A DNA stretch of 64,000 nucleotides from Candidatus Heimdallarchaeota archaeon (GTDB lineage: Archaea; Asgardarchaeota; Heimdallarchaeia; JABLTI01), in assembly GCA_019058275.1 (NCBI GenBank), contig JAHLVW010000058.1:1-64000 (forward strand). The letters are read 5' to 3'. Shown here one piece after another: positions 9,242 to 20,031 of this stretch. Position numbers and translations under genes: made by a program. Numbering within the stretch: the stretch's first letter is position 1; every line of letters starts with the position of its first letter. The notes beneath the pieces are model-generated. The model saw nothing but the letters and a program-made list of their open reading frames with translations. It made no database searches and was not told the origin of the DNA.

Positions 9242-10630
9242 TTACTTTAGAATCTTATTTTTTCTGGATGACTTGTCAATAATTAACAAACTGAAGGTTG
9301 TCAAAATTAGCAAGAAAACTGATTTAATTGAAACATCTAAAGTTGGCTCTTCAGAAGGTGTTTGAACACCAGGATAGCTTTGATCATCAAGTGGATCAGT
9401 TCCAGCAAGAATTTCTTCATAATCAGAAAAACCATCATCATCTGTATCAAATGGACCAGTGCCATGAACTTCTATTTCAATTAAGTCATCTAAACCTTCT
9501 AAGTCACTATCTTGTAATACAAGTGGGTAAGGGTCAACTATTCCACCAGAACCATCTAATGAATAACTTCCTACTCCAATCCAGTCCGAATAGTAATTCC
9601 CTTCATTAACAGAAACATCATATCATGTATTATCATTATAAGATGTATTAGTCGAACCTCCATTGCTTGCTTGTGGATGCGATTCAAAATCTAATGAATT
9701 ATGAAAAAAGTAATTGTGATGGAAAACAATGTTTTGGGATGTATCTAAAGTATCTATCCCATAATTGTCATTTTCTATTATAGTGTTACAAAATATTTCA
9801 GTGTCATAGACAGCTGTTAATTCAATACCACAACCGCCATTTCCTATTAGAGAATTATTCTTGATTACTGAATCATCAATTGTTGAAAGCTTAATGCCAT
9901 CTTCCAAATTTTCATTGAACATATTATTCGAAATAAAGATATTCATTCCATCTGATGCAAGAATTCCATATCTTCCACAAGATGCTATGGAATTGTTTAC
10001 TATTACTTCATTATCACCATAGGTAATTATGCCATCATAATAATTCATAACTGTGTTATTTTCTATAATAGAATTAGGAGCCATAATCTTAATCCCGGTT
10101 CCAAAAGCTCCACCATTATCTAGTTCATTATTAACAACTGTGAAATTAGTTGATGTCATAACACAAATTGCATGTTGACCAACATTCTCAATTGTATTGC
10201 CATCTATTATTGTTCTGTTAGAAAAGACATTTCTTATGTATGTTCCATCAATATTTGATTCTATATGACAATTCCTAATCGTAAAGCATTTCGTTACATC
10301 TATAATAAAAATACCATATGAATTACTTGCTATTATTTCATAGTTGCTAATAATATAGGGATCATCGATAGCCCCATTACCTGGGTATCCTTGAACAATA
10401 AAATCATTATCTTCAGTGATTACGATACTATCATGTGGTACGAGTGATTTGGTGTTTTTAGCAATATCTAGTTGATTGGAATTGAAACTGCTTGTTAATC
10501 CAACCATTACTAACCCAACAAAAAATAGCGAAATAAAAAGAATCCCCAAAAGGGGCATAGAAAATAATTCTCTCTTCCCCATATTCATCAAATATACAAA
10601 CTTATTATGTTTTATAAACAAATCTACCAT
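9242..10630 (-). pseudogene. Surface protein (N-terminal hydrophobic segment, NosD-like parallel beta-helix, Ca-binding TSP3-like repeat, C-terminal TM) interrupted by one in-frame TGA
   Basis: The frame continues past TGA at 9623-9625 as NDNT*YDVSVNEGNYYSDW...DPYPL...DTDDDGFSDYEEILAGTDPLD...VFLLILTTFSLLII-DKSSRKNKILK, ending at TAA 9242. The N-terminus has HDSIVITEDNDF...GNGAIDDPYII and repeated I.NN.I turns. Confidence 0.8.
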
Positions 10631-10670
10631 TGGAACCTATGTCTTGGATATTATCTAATTTGAGGATGCT

Positions 10671-11942
10671 CTAGAAAAGTTCCTCGTTATCTCTTATATC
10701 AAATACAGCTACACCATCAATATATACTCTCATAACTTTAGTTCTTGCATCCAATGGATCACCATTTAAGAGTAAAATATCTGCATCTTTTCCTACTTCA
10801 AGAGAACCGATCCTATTTTCTAAACCAAGGATTTTTGCACCATTAATAGTTAAGATTTCATAAGCTCCTTGTCTTGACAGTCCTTCACGATGAGCTAAAA
10901 TAGCATAAATAAATTGATACTGACACTGAGTTACAGGATGATCAGACGTAAGTGCTACCAAGATTCCTGCATTGTGTAGTAAACCCAATGTTTTCCAAGT
11001 TTTCTTTCTTGTTTCAATTTTTGATTTATAGGACATTGTTGGACCAACAACAGCAGCGATTTTATTTTCAACCAAAAAGTCAAGTATCAAATGTCCCTCA
11101 CTACAATGATCAATGATAACCTCTACATCGAATTCTTTGCTTAAACGAACTGCAGTTATTTATGTCATTTGCTTGATGGGCATGAGCTCTTAAAGGTACT
11201 TTTTTTCCATTACCGGAATCATAGATTCATATTTCAAATTCCTTTCAGGTTTTGAAGGCTCTATGGGTTTTGTCAAATCCTTATTATTACCTTCTTTCTC
11301 TTTTTTATCATAATCCTTTAGGTCTTCTTTATACTGCTTCATTTTCTTTTTGTAATCAGCCCATTTATTCATATAGTTTTGAGTTTCCATTAGTAGTTGT
11401 CTGAATAATCCAAGACTACCCATTCTTGTTTGGGGCATAACATTTCTGCTACCATAATTCCTTTTTGGATTCTCACCAAATGCACATTTCATACCTGAAT
11501 TTTCTTTGATTATTATATCGTCAGCAATAGTTCCATGGGTTTTCATTGTGGTCATTTGTCCTCCGACAACATTTCCACTGCCTGGTGCAACGCAAATTGT
11601 AGTTATACCACCAGCAACCGCTCTTCGTAAACCTAAATCATCAGGATTAATCGCATCTATTACTCTAATGAAAGGAGTGACTGGGTCTGTTGATTCGTTT
11701 CCATCTTGGAGTCCTATGCCAATGCTTTCTTCAAAAACTGAGGCGTGACAATGAGAATCAATAATGCCAGGAAATGCTACAAAATCACTAGCATCAATTA
11801 TTTCTGTTCCCTTTAGAACATCTTTCCCATTAGCTATTTTCTTAATTTTTCCCTTATCATCAATTAGGATATAGCCTTCTTTTATTGATTCTTTTGTTAC
11901 GGGAATAATTTCTTTACACAATATTGCTTTCAATTTCATCAT
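10671..11942 (-). pseudogene. Amidohydrolase paralog of 7755..9032, split by two compensating 1-nt indels
   Basis: ORFs 11190..11942 and 10671..11090 are in the same frame. The conserved VPLRAHAHQANDI segment lies in a shifted frame between an A7 run (11200-11206, one A short) and an extra A (11159-11161). Confidence 0.85.
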
Positions 11943-12012
11943 CCTATTTTGTTATTTTTTTAGATTAACTAAAAAATTCTGTTTGTTTTGTTATGAATTT
12001 TAATTCTTAAAT

Positions 12013-13659
12013 TCAAGGATTCCAAGTTAAATCCTTAACATAATTGTCAAATTGCTGTTTCTTTTGATTTTTATCCCAACCAAGTATATTTCCCATTTCT
12101 TCAGCAATTCTTTCTGCACAATCTAATCCTTGGTGTTCCAGTAATTGTAATTGTGTTCTCCTCAACATGAAGTCACTTAGCGATAAGCACATCTCATTCT
12201 CTATAGAGTAAACTATTTCTACCAGAATATGAGGACGATCTTTAACGATTCTTTCTTTTAATTTCTTATCCTTCTCTATTAGAGTCAGAATTTTTTGGTG
12301 ATTTGTCCCATATGTATGAACTATGTGGTCAGCTACTTCAAAATCAAATCCAAATTTCTTAATTATTAAGGAAACATTTGTTCTTAGATAATCTATCATA
12401 TTCTTTATCCCTATTGCACCATATAATTGAGTTTTTTTTGTTTTACAAGGATAGTCCCTTTTCTTCAAGTGCATTATTTTTAGAATTTTATCTACAGTTT
12501 TCTCAGCCATGTGTCTAAAAATTGTATATTTTCCACCTGTTACAGTAAGTAAATTGAATTTTGATTCTATAATTTCAAAACCTCTTGAAGTTTTGTCTTC
12601 TGACTTAGCGGTTGGATCTAGCAGTAAAGGTCTTACGCCGGAATATGCACTAATGACATCATCCTTTGTTAATGCTCCTGGGAAATCATTGTTTACTGCT
12701 GAAATAACATACTCAATATCCTCATTTGTTACAGCTACATAATCATTACTTTCTGTGTAATCTGTATCAGTAGTTCCGATCAAAGAATACTTACTTCGAA
12801 ATGGTATAACAAACAAACTTCGTCCATCATCTGCTGTTACAACTACAACAAGGTTATTTCTTACAATTCGTTTAGTTACAATATGAATTCCCTTTGTTGT
12901 TCTAAGAAACTTAGATTCTATTCCAAGTGTTGATAGGACCTCATCTGTCCAAGGACCAGTGGAATTTATAATAACCTTTCCTTTAATTGAGAACGATTTT
13001 CCTGATATTATATCTGTTACATTTACACCCTTAACGATTTCATCTTGTTCAAACTTCTCAAGAATAAATGAATCAGCTTTAACATAATTAATGCACAAGG
13101 CACCATTTTCTTGAGCAGAAAGGATTGTTTCGAGAGTAACTCGAGCATCATCCATTATACCATCCCAATAATAAAGTGAATGTTTTAGGTCATCGGTTTT
13201 GATGTGTGGAACTTTTTCAAGTGTTTTTTCTTTTGATAGGAAATTAAAATTCTCAGTATTTTTGAAACTCGAAAGTGTGTCATAAAGCACTCCCGCTGCT
13301 AGCATTCTAAGAGTGGTATTTTTACCCTTCTTGTAAACTGGAATAAGAAATGGTATTGGTGCAGTTTGATGAGGACACATTTTAAACATTAGCATCCTTT
13401 CTTGAGAAGCTAATTTTACTAGGCTAAATTCACAATTTGATAAATATCTGATTCCCGCATGAACAAGTTTGGATGAACAACTACTAGTTCCTTCTCCATA
13501 ATCACCTTTATCTATAATAGCAACTTTTAAACCTCTTAATGCAGCATCCCAGGCTATTCCAGCACCTGTTATACCTGCTCCAATAATTACAACATCGAAT
13601 TCTTCTTTTTCAAGAAGTTCTATTTTTTCTTGTCTAAGTTTTAGAGATGAAGATGGCAT
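12013..13659 (-). CDS. glpD: FAD-dependent glycerol-3-phosphate dehydrogenase/oxidase
   Basis: IIGAGITGAGIAWDAALRG, GTSSCSSKLVHAGIRYL, DDAR, GGKYT and LRRT motifs. Start placed at MPSSS; the ORF is open to 13689. Confidence 0.92.
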   Translation of the reverse strand: MPSSSLKLRQEKIELLEKEEFDVVIIGAGITGAGIAWDAALRGLKVAIIDKGDYGEGTSSCSSKLVHAGIRYLSNCEFSLVKLASQERMLMFKMCPHQTAPIPFLIPVYKKGKNTTLRMLAAGVLYDTLSSFKNTENFNFLSKEKTLEKVPHIKTDDLKHSLYYWDGIMDDARVTLETILSAQENGALCINYVKADSFILEKFEQDEIVKGVNVTDIISGKSFSIKGKVIINSTGPWTDEVLSTLGIESKFLRTTKGIHIVTKRIVRNNLVVVVTADDGRSLFVIPFRSKYSLIGTTDTDYTESNDYVAVTNEDIEYVISAVNNDFPGALTKDDVISAYSGVRPLLLDPTAKSEDKTSRGFEIIESKFNLLTVTGGKYTIFRHMAEKTVDKILKIMHLKKRDYPCKTKKTQLYGAIGIKNMIDYLRTNVSLIIKKFGFDFEVADHIVHTYGTNHQKILTLIEKDKKLKERIVKDRPHILVEIVYSIENEMCLSLSDFMLRRTQLQLLEHQGLDCAERIAEEMGNILGWDKNQKKQQFDNYVKDLTWNP

Positions 13660-13855
13660 TTTAAACAACACGATATAACTGTATATCATTTTTTAAGGAT
13701 TTTTTCCATTGTTACTATTGCTAGATTTCTATAAAAATCTCTCAATCTATAGCAAAAGGGGTTTATTTGATAAAATAATTTAAAAATTCTTACTAGAATA
13801 GAGATTAGGTTAGGCATAACTGATAAAATTCTTAAAACTGTAGGATTCATCGACT

Positions 13856-14839
13856 ATGGCAATAAAGGCTCAGATAACAGAAGACATTAAATCACCTGAA
13901 TTAACAGTCACCTTTGAACAACAGAAGAAAATAGATACAATGATTGAAGCATCAAAAATTGATAATGTTATTCATTGGGATCCGCAAGTTACTAAAGAAA
14001 TCTACGTACCTGTTGATGGAGAAAAAATAAGAGTTCTCCATATTAAATCCAAAAACCTAGCAAATAAGCGAATAATTGTTTTTATTCCTGGTTGGGGTGT
14101 AACATCTGAAGGATTTGATGTGTTATACGAAGTTTTGCATAATGAAATCGAATTCTACTATATTGAAACCAGAGAGAAACGTTCTAATCAGATACGACGA
14201 AGAAAGGCAAATTTGACTATACAGCAAAAAGCAAAAGATATCATGAAAGTAATAGATTATTTAAAAATCGACAAGGATAAATACACATTAGTAGGACCTT
14301 GCTGGGTTGCAACAATTTTCTTACAAGGATTACTAGACAACAATTTAGAAGCAAATTCAATCTTAATATTTGATCCAATGCATAAACTATGGTTTAACAA
14401 ATTTCTCTTAAATATTTCACCATTTATTCCAACATTTGTTATTACCATAATAAAACCAATAATGTTATTTTTTGCATTTCTTGGTATGAAAGAAAAAACC
14501 CAAAAAGAAAGAAGTCAGGACTTCGCAAAATATGATATCATATGGAAATGGAAAAAAGCGGCATATACTGTAAAGGATCTTGAGTTATTTGGTACACTAA
14601 GTCCTATAAAACAAGTGATACTGGTTTTTAATGGAACAACAGATAAAGTACACAAGCAAACAGATTATCCAAAATTAAGTAAAGAGTTACCAAAAGGACG
14701 GTTCTTTTTCCTGAACACAATAGAATCAAATCGAGAACAAATAATGAGTGTTGTAATAAAGGAATTTGCGAAAACAGAAATGAATGAAAAGATACCTCCA
14801 GTTTTAAGAGAATTTGAAAAGGAATTGGAACGAAAATAG
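13856..14839 (+). CDS. Alpha/beta hydrolase fold protein with an atypical Cys nucleophile elbow
   Basis: IVFIPGWG oxyanion loop, LVGPCWVA at the GxSxG position, and NGTTDKVH acid region. Confidence 0.7.
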   Translation: MAIKAQITEDIKSPELTVTFEQQKKIDTMIEASKIDNVIHWDPQVTKEIYVPVDGEKIRVLHIKSKNLANKRIIVFIPGWGVTSEGFDVLYEVLHNEIEFYYIETREKRSNQIRRRKANLTIQQKAKDIMKVIDYLKIDKDKYTLVGPCWVATIFLQGLLDNNLEANSILIFDPMHKLWFNKFLLNISPFIPTFVITIIKPIMLFFAFLGMKEKTQKERSQDFAKYDIIWKWKKAAYTVKDLELFGTLSPIKQVILVFNGTTDKVHKQTDYPKLSKELPKGRFFFLNTIESNREQIMSVVIKEFAKTEMNEKIPPVLREFEKELERK

Positions 14840-14861
14840 TTTCCATAAACAGGAGAAAAAA

Positions 14862-16321
14862 ATGACGGAAGAATTATCAGAAAAAGATATCAAAGAAGCA
14901 AGAATAGAATCAAAGAAAACAGATAAACGAAATGCCTTTTTATGGTATAGCTACGATATGGCAGATACGTTTTTCTCACAAACAGTTATTAGTTTAGCAT
15001 TTACACCATTTGCAATGCTCCTAGGAGTATCAAATGGTTGGTCGTATGTTCATACTTTCATAATTGTCTCTATATTTATGGCTGGATCTAATTTGCTAGT
15101 AGCCATTTTAGGACCAATTATTGGAGCCATCTCAGATACACTTGGAAAAAGAAAACCACTTGTAATTATTGCAGCAAGTATAATGGTTACTGCTACAATG
15201 CTTATAACTATCTGGGAAAACTTTTGGTGGGCTTGTGGGCTTTTTGTAATAGCAAACTTTTGTTACCAAAATGGACGAATGTTATATGATTCACAGATTC
15301 CATTCATTGCTGAATCAAAAGATAGAAGTACAACACAAGCTGTTGGAGGTGCTTTAGCTGCTTTTGGTTCAATTTTTGGTGTGGTCTTAGGACTTGTACT
15401 CAATGGTATTGGTGGTACTGAAAAATGGTCACCAATAAATACGAACATTTGGGAACTAGCTAATCAACCCATACCTGAAATAAGCCTAGGTAATTACGTT
15501 GGGTCTTTTTTGCTGCAGGTATTTTGATAATATTAATATCTATTCCTTATCTCTTTCATAAAGAAGCTGAATCTCCTAGTAATCTTAAACCCATAGAGAA
15601 TCTCAAACAATCATTTAGTTCTTTGAAAGAATCACTCAAACATATCTTTAAGGATCGCAATTCTCTTTTATTCTTTATAGGTTGGTTTTTCTTGGTTGAT
15701 GCAGCGAATACAACTATTCTTTTCATGGTACCAGTTATCGAAGGTGCTGTAGGAGTTACAAATTCAACAATAACTTACATTATCATTTTGACCGGCATAT
15801 TACTATCAATAGTTTTTGGATTCATAACCGGACACGTTCTAAAAAGATTAGGTCCGAAGAAAACATTTCTTATAAGTGGTATTGCTTGGATGCTTGCTAT
15901 TATCTTTACAATATTTGCTGGTTGGCAATATAAAATTGAACAACTTGACCCCTTATGGTTTCTTATTCATGAATTTCCATGGTGGCTAATGTTTTTTGGA
16001 GCTTTCTTCATTGGTATAGGATTTAGAAGTATTTGGATTATTGGTCGTCAATTTATTATGGTCCTCGCACCACCATCGAAACTTGCTCAATACAATGGTT
16101 TTCAGAAAATTGCTGGAAGGGTAAGTGCAATTGTATCACCTTTGATCTTCGCAGGAATGATGCTCCTAGGTGCAACATTTACTACTGTAAATCACTCCTT
16201 TAGATTAGCCTTAGGAAGTTTATTGTTGTTCTTTATTATTGGTGAGGTACTAATTGCCTTTATCAAAGATCCATTCAAGAGATACATGAAAGGAGAACGA
16301 GCTCCCTATTATGGAATATGA
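14862..16321 (+). pseudogene. MFS transporter (UMF1/ATG22-like), frameshifted
   Basis: WYSYDMA, GAISDTLGKRK and YDSQIP in ORF1; LAPPSKLAQYNGF..IAGRVSAIVSP in ORF2. Adding one T near 15494 restores GNLRWVFFAAGILIILISIP. Confidence 0.8.
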
Positions 16322-16456
16322 AAAGATGAAGGAATAAGTATTAATTACTATTTGAGTGAAGACTAATTCTTCATTCAACTCCTTCTTATTTTGTAGTATC
16401 ATTTATTATTTTGTAAATTGTATACTATTCTAGTTATTTACTAGTGGTAATTTCCA

Positions 16457-17686
16457 ATGAATAGTGAGAACTCTATTGATATTCCACAATTCAAAATTGA
16501 TACGAAATATTTACGTACTTTATTAGACGAAATGATTGAAATCAATTCAGTAGTAGGTGACGAAAAGGACCTAGCTATTCTATTGGCAGAAGAATTACAG
16601 AAATTAGGATTAGCAATACAATTAGAGGATGTTGAAGCAAATAGACCAAACATCTATGCTCATCATCAATTTGCTCAGAAAGGTAAAACTCTAACTTTTA
16701 ATGGTCATTTAGATACAGTCGATGTTTGTGAAGGTTGGACTTTTGAACCATTTATCCCAATTGAAAAGGATGGAAATCTCTATGGTTTAGGCTCAGCTGA
16801 TATGAAAGGCGGAATAGCTTGTCAGATTGCTGCAATAAAAGCTCTAGTAGATTCAAATGAATCACAAATCGGAACAATTCACTTCTCGGCAGTTGTAGAT
16901 GAAGAAGGTTATGGTAAGGGAGGAAGGAAAATGATAAATAACCCATTTTTTGGGAAAGGGAAAACTGATGGAATCATTATCGCTGAACCATTATTTGGTA
17001 ATACTATAGCGAGTAGTTTACCTTTGGGCATGACTGGAAAAGTTTTGTATAAAATAACTATTAAGGGTTTATCAGCTCATGCTTACCGACCTGTGCAAGG
17101 AATAAATGCAATAACTGATGCTTCAAAAATTGTTAATGTAATTGAGAATCTTGGTGATTCATCAAAGAATGAAAATCTGGGATTTACTTTATTGTCTGAT
17201 GATGATTTTGGGAAAGGTTCTTTTTGTATACTGAAAATAGAAGGAGGGTATAAGAAATATAGTGTTGTAGTTCCCGAACATTGCGAAATTATATTGAACA
17301 GATTAACTGTTCCTGGAGAAACAAAAGAATCTCTTAATCAAGACTTAGAACAACTCATTGAAAAGCTTAACTTAAAGTCCATGGTTACAATTGAACTTGT
17401 TCCTCCATTTTATTATCCCTATAAAATTTCTGAAGATCATGAACTCTTTTCTTCACTTAAAAGAGCATATAAAGAATCTATGGGTGAAGATCCCTATACA
17501 AGTTACATGCGAATGATAACTGATGCAAACGTCTTCATGGGAGAAGGAAAAATTCCTACAGTTCATTTTGGTCCAAAGGGTAACAATTTGCATAGTCCAA
17601 ACGAAAACGTCAATGTTAATTCCTTAGAGGTATGTGCAAAGATTTATGCTCAAACCTACTGCATTTTTCAAAAGAAGAATAAATAA
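16457..17686 (+). CDS. M20 family metallopeptidase/deacylase (ArgE/DapE-like)
   Basis: NGHLDTV, YGLGSADMKGG, VDEE, IAEP, SAHA, TDAN and FGP...LHSPNE motifs. Confidence 0.9.
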   Translation: MNSENSIDIPQFKIDTKYLRTLLDEMIEINSVVGDEKDLAILLAEELQKLGLAIQLEDVEANRPNIYAHHQFAQKGKTLTFNGHLDTVDVCEGWTFEPFIPIEKDGNLYGLGSADMKGGIACQIAAIKALVDSNESQIGTIHFSAVVDEEGYGKGGRKMINNPFFGKGKTDGIIIAEPLFGNTIASSLPLGMTGKVLYKITIKGLSAHAYRPVQGINAITDASKIVNVIENLGDSSKNENLGFTLLSDDDFGKGSFCILKIEGGYKKYSVVVPEHCEIILNRLTVPGETKESLNQDLEQLIEKLNLKSMVTIELVPPFYYPYKISEDHELFSSLKRAYKESMGEDPYTSYMRMITDANVFMGEGKIPTVHFGPKGNNLHSPNENVNVNSLEVCAKIYAQTYCIFQKKNK

Positions 17687-17699
17687 AACTAAATTGAGA

Positions 17700-18146
17700 T
17701 TAAACTCCATTTTTTATACTAGAAAATGATGGGCAAGTAATTGTCTTGGCTACACCCTTTACTGTTCGAATTTCATCCAAAACAATACGACCTATTGCAT
17801 CTAGTGATTCACCTCTAATCTTAACTAAGATATCCCATTCTCCAGAAATAAGATGTACTTCATAGACATTCTCAATTTGAGCTATTTTTTCAGCTAATTC
17901 CCTTTGTGTTATATTTTCATTTGGTGAAAACGAAACAAAAACAAAAGCTGTAACTGGTAAACCTAATTTTCTATAATCTGCTAGAATTGTAAATTTCTTT
18001 ATTACCCCTTCTTGTTTCATTTTTTCTATTCTTGTATGAACTGTAACTCGAGGGATATCTAGGTTAGTAGCAATTCGTTTAGTAGGTAATCTTGCATCTT
18101 TTGAAAGCTCTTCCAGAATTAATCTATCTTTATCATCAACTGGCAA
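17700..18146 (-). CDS. Lrp/AsnC family transcriptional regulator
   Basis: DDKDRLILEELSKDAR HTH and EVHLISGEWDILVKI RAM domain. Confidence 0.92.
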   Translation of the reverse strand: MPVDDKDRLILEELSKDARLPTKRIATNLDIPRVTVHTRIEKMKQEGVIKKFTILADYRKLGLPVTAFVFVSFSPNENITQRELAEKIAQIENVYEVHLISGEWDILVKIRGESLDAIGRIVLDEIRTVKGVAKTITCPSFSSIKNGV

Positions 18147-18287
18147 ATCATATTCTCCTGTTTCTTCTTCTATTTGGTAATACTATAAGCAATACATTTT
18201 GTTTGATTAACATGATATTATACAACAATATGTTTAAAATCTTGCTCTAAAGAAAAATAAAAGACAAAAGCCAAGAAAAAATCTTGA

Positions 18288-20012
18288 CTAATGTTCACTA
18301 GTAATTTCAGGATCCTCTTTTGCTTCCTCTATTACTTGTTCTGAATCATCATTCTCTTGGTATTGTGCAATTTGCTCTTCATACCTTATAATTTCATCTG
18401 AACTTTTGTAGGTAACAATTGAGTAAGTAGCAAATCCTCCGGAAGTAATTCCGAATGCTACTAATGTCCAACCAAAAGCGTAGCCACCAATTCGCATTAC
18501 TTCTCCAACAATTACTATATTACCTCTAGCATCAAAATAAGTACTACTACTAGTACTAAAGTAAGTCATTAGAAGTACAAGATAATAGGTTGTTGTTGTA
18601 TCCACTTCCAAGTTAACTGATCTTTGGGTGTTAGTAGAGATTCTATCGTGTTCTATCGAATCATCTAAGAATTGATTTGCTAGATTAAAGTAATCAGCTA
18701 GTAATGACTCGAAATAACCAAAAGGTCCGTAGAGAGTATAATATTCTGCATAATCTAACCAAATTTCTTGACATGCTTCTACAAAAGTATCAAATGTAGC
18801 TTTATCACATATTACACTATGTATATCATATGTTGATTCGAAATAAACATCATCCAACGAAAATTCTACCGTTGTTTCATCACCTTTAAGTATTGTAAGT
18901 GATATGTATTCTCCAAATCCCATATCTTCCATTGAAGGTGGAGTAGGATCGTTGTCATCATACCAGAAATAGATGTCAGGTCTGATATTCATTGAGACAT
19001 TTTTGTAAGTTTCTATATCTTTTGTTAATCCATTTATCGGACCAACAACAACTCCAATTGATATGAATAAGATTCCAAAGGTTATCAAATAACTTCTTAC
19101 TTCTTTTAAGTAATACTTCCAACCTCCAGGTCGTCTACCTGCTTGATAAGGAACTCTAAATCTATCACCTTGTAATAGACCCCAAGCTAGTGTTATAGAA
19201 ACTACAACTACGACTGCTAGGACTACAATCAGAGTTAAAACATTAGCAGGTCTGTTATTGAATTTGAATAGATGAGCTTGATTATTAAAGAATACTGCTG
19301 GTGAATCCCTAAAATCATCATTAGGATAAATATCTGTAACTATTAGTGATTTGATGTAGAATGCGATTGTTAACTTATTCAATGTCGCTGAGAAACTTGC
19401 AAAGACAAATTCCCATATGAAAACAAAGAATAAACCAAACCACAATGGATTTTTGAATAATAATCCAATGAATAGGAAGATAGCACCATAAACTGCTGAT
19501 GAGACAAAAGCTGCAAGCAAGAACCAGAGCATCATATCAAAATGCTGGAATCCTGATAGTGCTGCAAATGACAAATAGTTTAATCCTGTTGCAATTATAG
19601 AAAATAGCGGGATTATTGATAGATAACTAAGATATTTCACAATAACCAATTCAAATCTATGAATTGGTCGAGATGTTAAGTAAGTAATTGACCTATCACT
19701 TTTTTCATCATTAAACATCATAGATGCAATATACATAGTAAACAATGGAATGATTATTCCAAAATAACCTAAGAACATAATGTCTGAATACAAAGAGTAG
19801 AAATCATCTGCTGAAATGAATCTAGTTGAAAATGCAACTATTGGACCTGCAATGATTGGTAGTAACATTAATGAGTTAAATATCCAAGTTCTCTTGCTTT
19901 TTACTAATGTATGCCAGAGTTTGTTCAAGTAAAGCATATATAAAGTTCTGAATCGACTTGTCCAACTATGTTTCTTTTCAAATTGAGTTAGATTTGTGTA
20001 GAGTTCTTTCAT
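18288..20012 (-). CDS. ABC-2 type exporter permease with an extra C-terminal extracytoplasmic domain
   Basis: DEKSDRSITYLTSRPIHRFELVIVKY ABC-2 motif; six TMs followed by a TM-flanked ~180-aa domain. Confidence 0.8.
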   Translation of the reverse strand: MKELYTNLTQFEKKHSWTSRFRTLYMLYLNKLWHTLVKSKRTWIFNSLMLLPIIAGPIVAFSTRFISADDFYSLYSDIMFLGYFGIIIPLFTMYIASMMFNDEKSDRSITYLTSRPIHRFELVIVKYLSYLSIIPLFSIIATGLNYLSFAALSGFQHFDMMLWFLLAAFVSSAVYGAIFLFIGLLFKNPLWFGLFFVFIWEFVFASFSATLNKLTIAFYIKSLIVTDIYPNDDFRDSPAVFFNNQAHLFKFNNRPANVLTLIVVLAVVVVVSITLAWGLLQGDRFRVPYQAGRRPGGWKYYLKEVRSYLITFGILFISIGVVVGPINGLTKDIETYKNVSMNIRPDIYFWYDDNDPTPPSMEDMGFGEYISLTILKGDETTVEFSLDDVYFESTYDIHSVICDKATFDTFVEACQEIWLDYAEYYTLYGPFGYFESLLADYFNLANQFLDDSIEHDRISTNTQRSVNLEVDTTTTYYLVLLMTYFSTSSSTYFDARGNIVIVGEVMRIGGYAFGWTLVAFGITSGGFATYSIVTYKSSDEIIRYEEQIAQYQENDDSEQVIEEAKEDPEITSEH

Positions 20013-20031
20013 TTTCCGTACCTTCCTTTTA

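Noticed and set aside
9328-9609. His/Gln-rich 93-aa plus-strand ORF
   Set aside because: It is the antisense shadow of the Asp-rich C-terminal part of the 9242..10630 gene.
9623-9625. TGA recoding as selenocysteine, or genome-wide TGA=Trp
   Set aside because: The position corresponds to Trp, not Cys. TGA ends other genes normally (12013, 16321, 36339) and Trp is otherwise TGG. No SECIS recognised.
11199-11206. A_AAA_AAG slippery heptamer as a programmed -1 frameshift in the second amidohydrolase
   Set aside because: A -1 shift restores only about 13 codons. A second, opposite shift 40 nt later would also be required.
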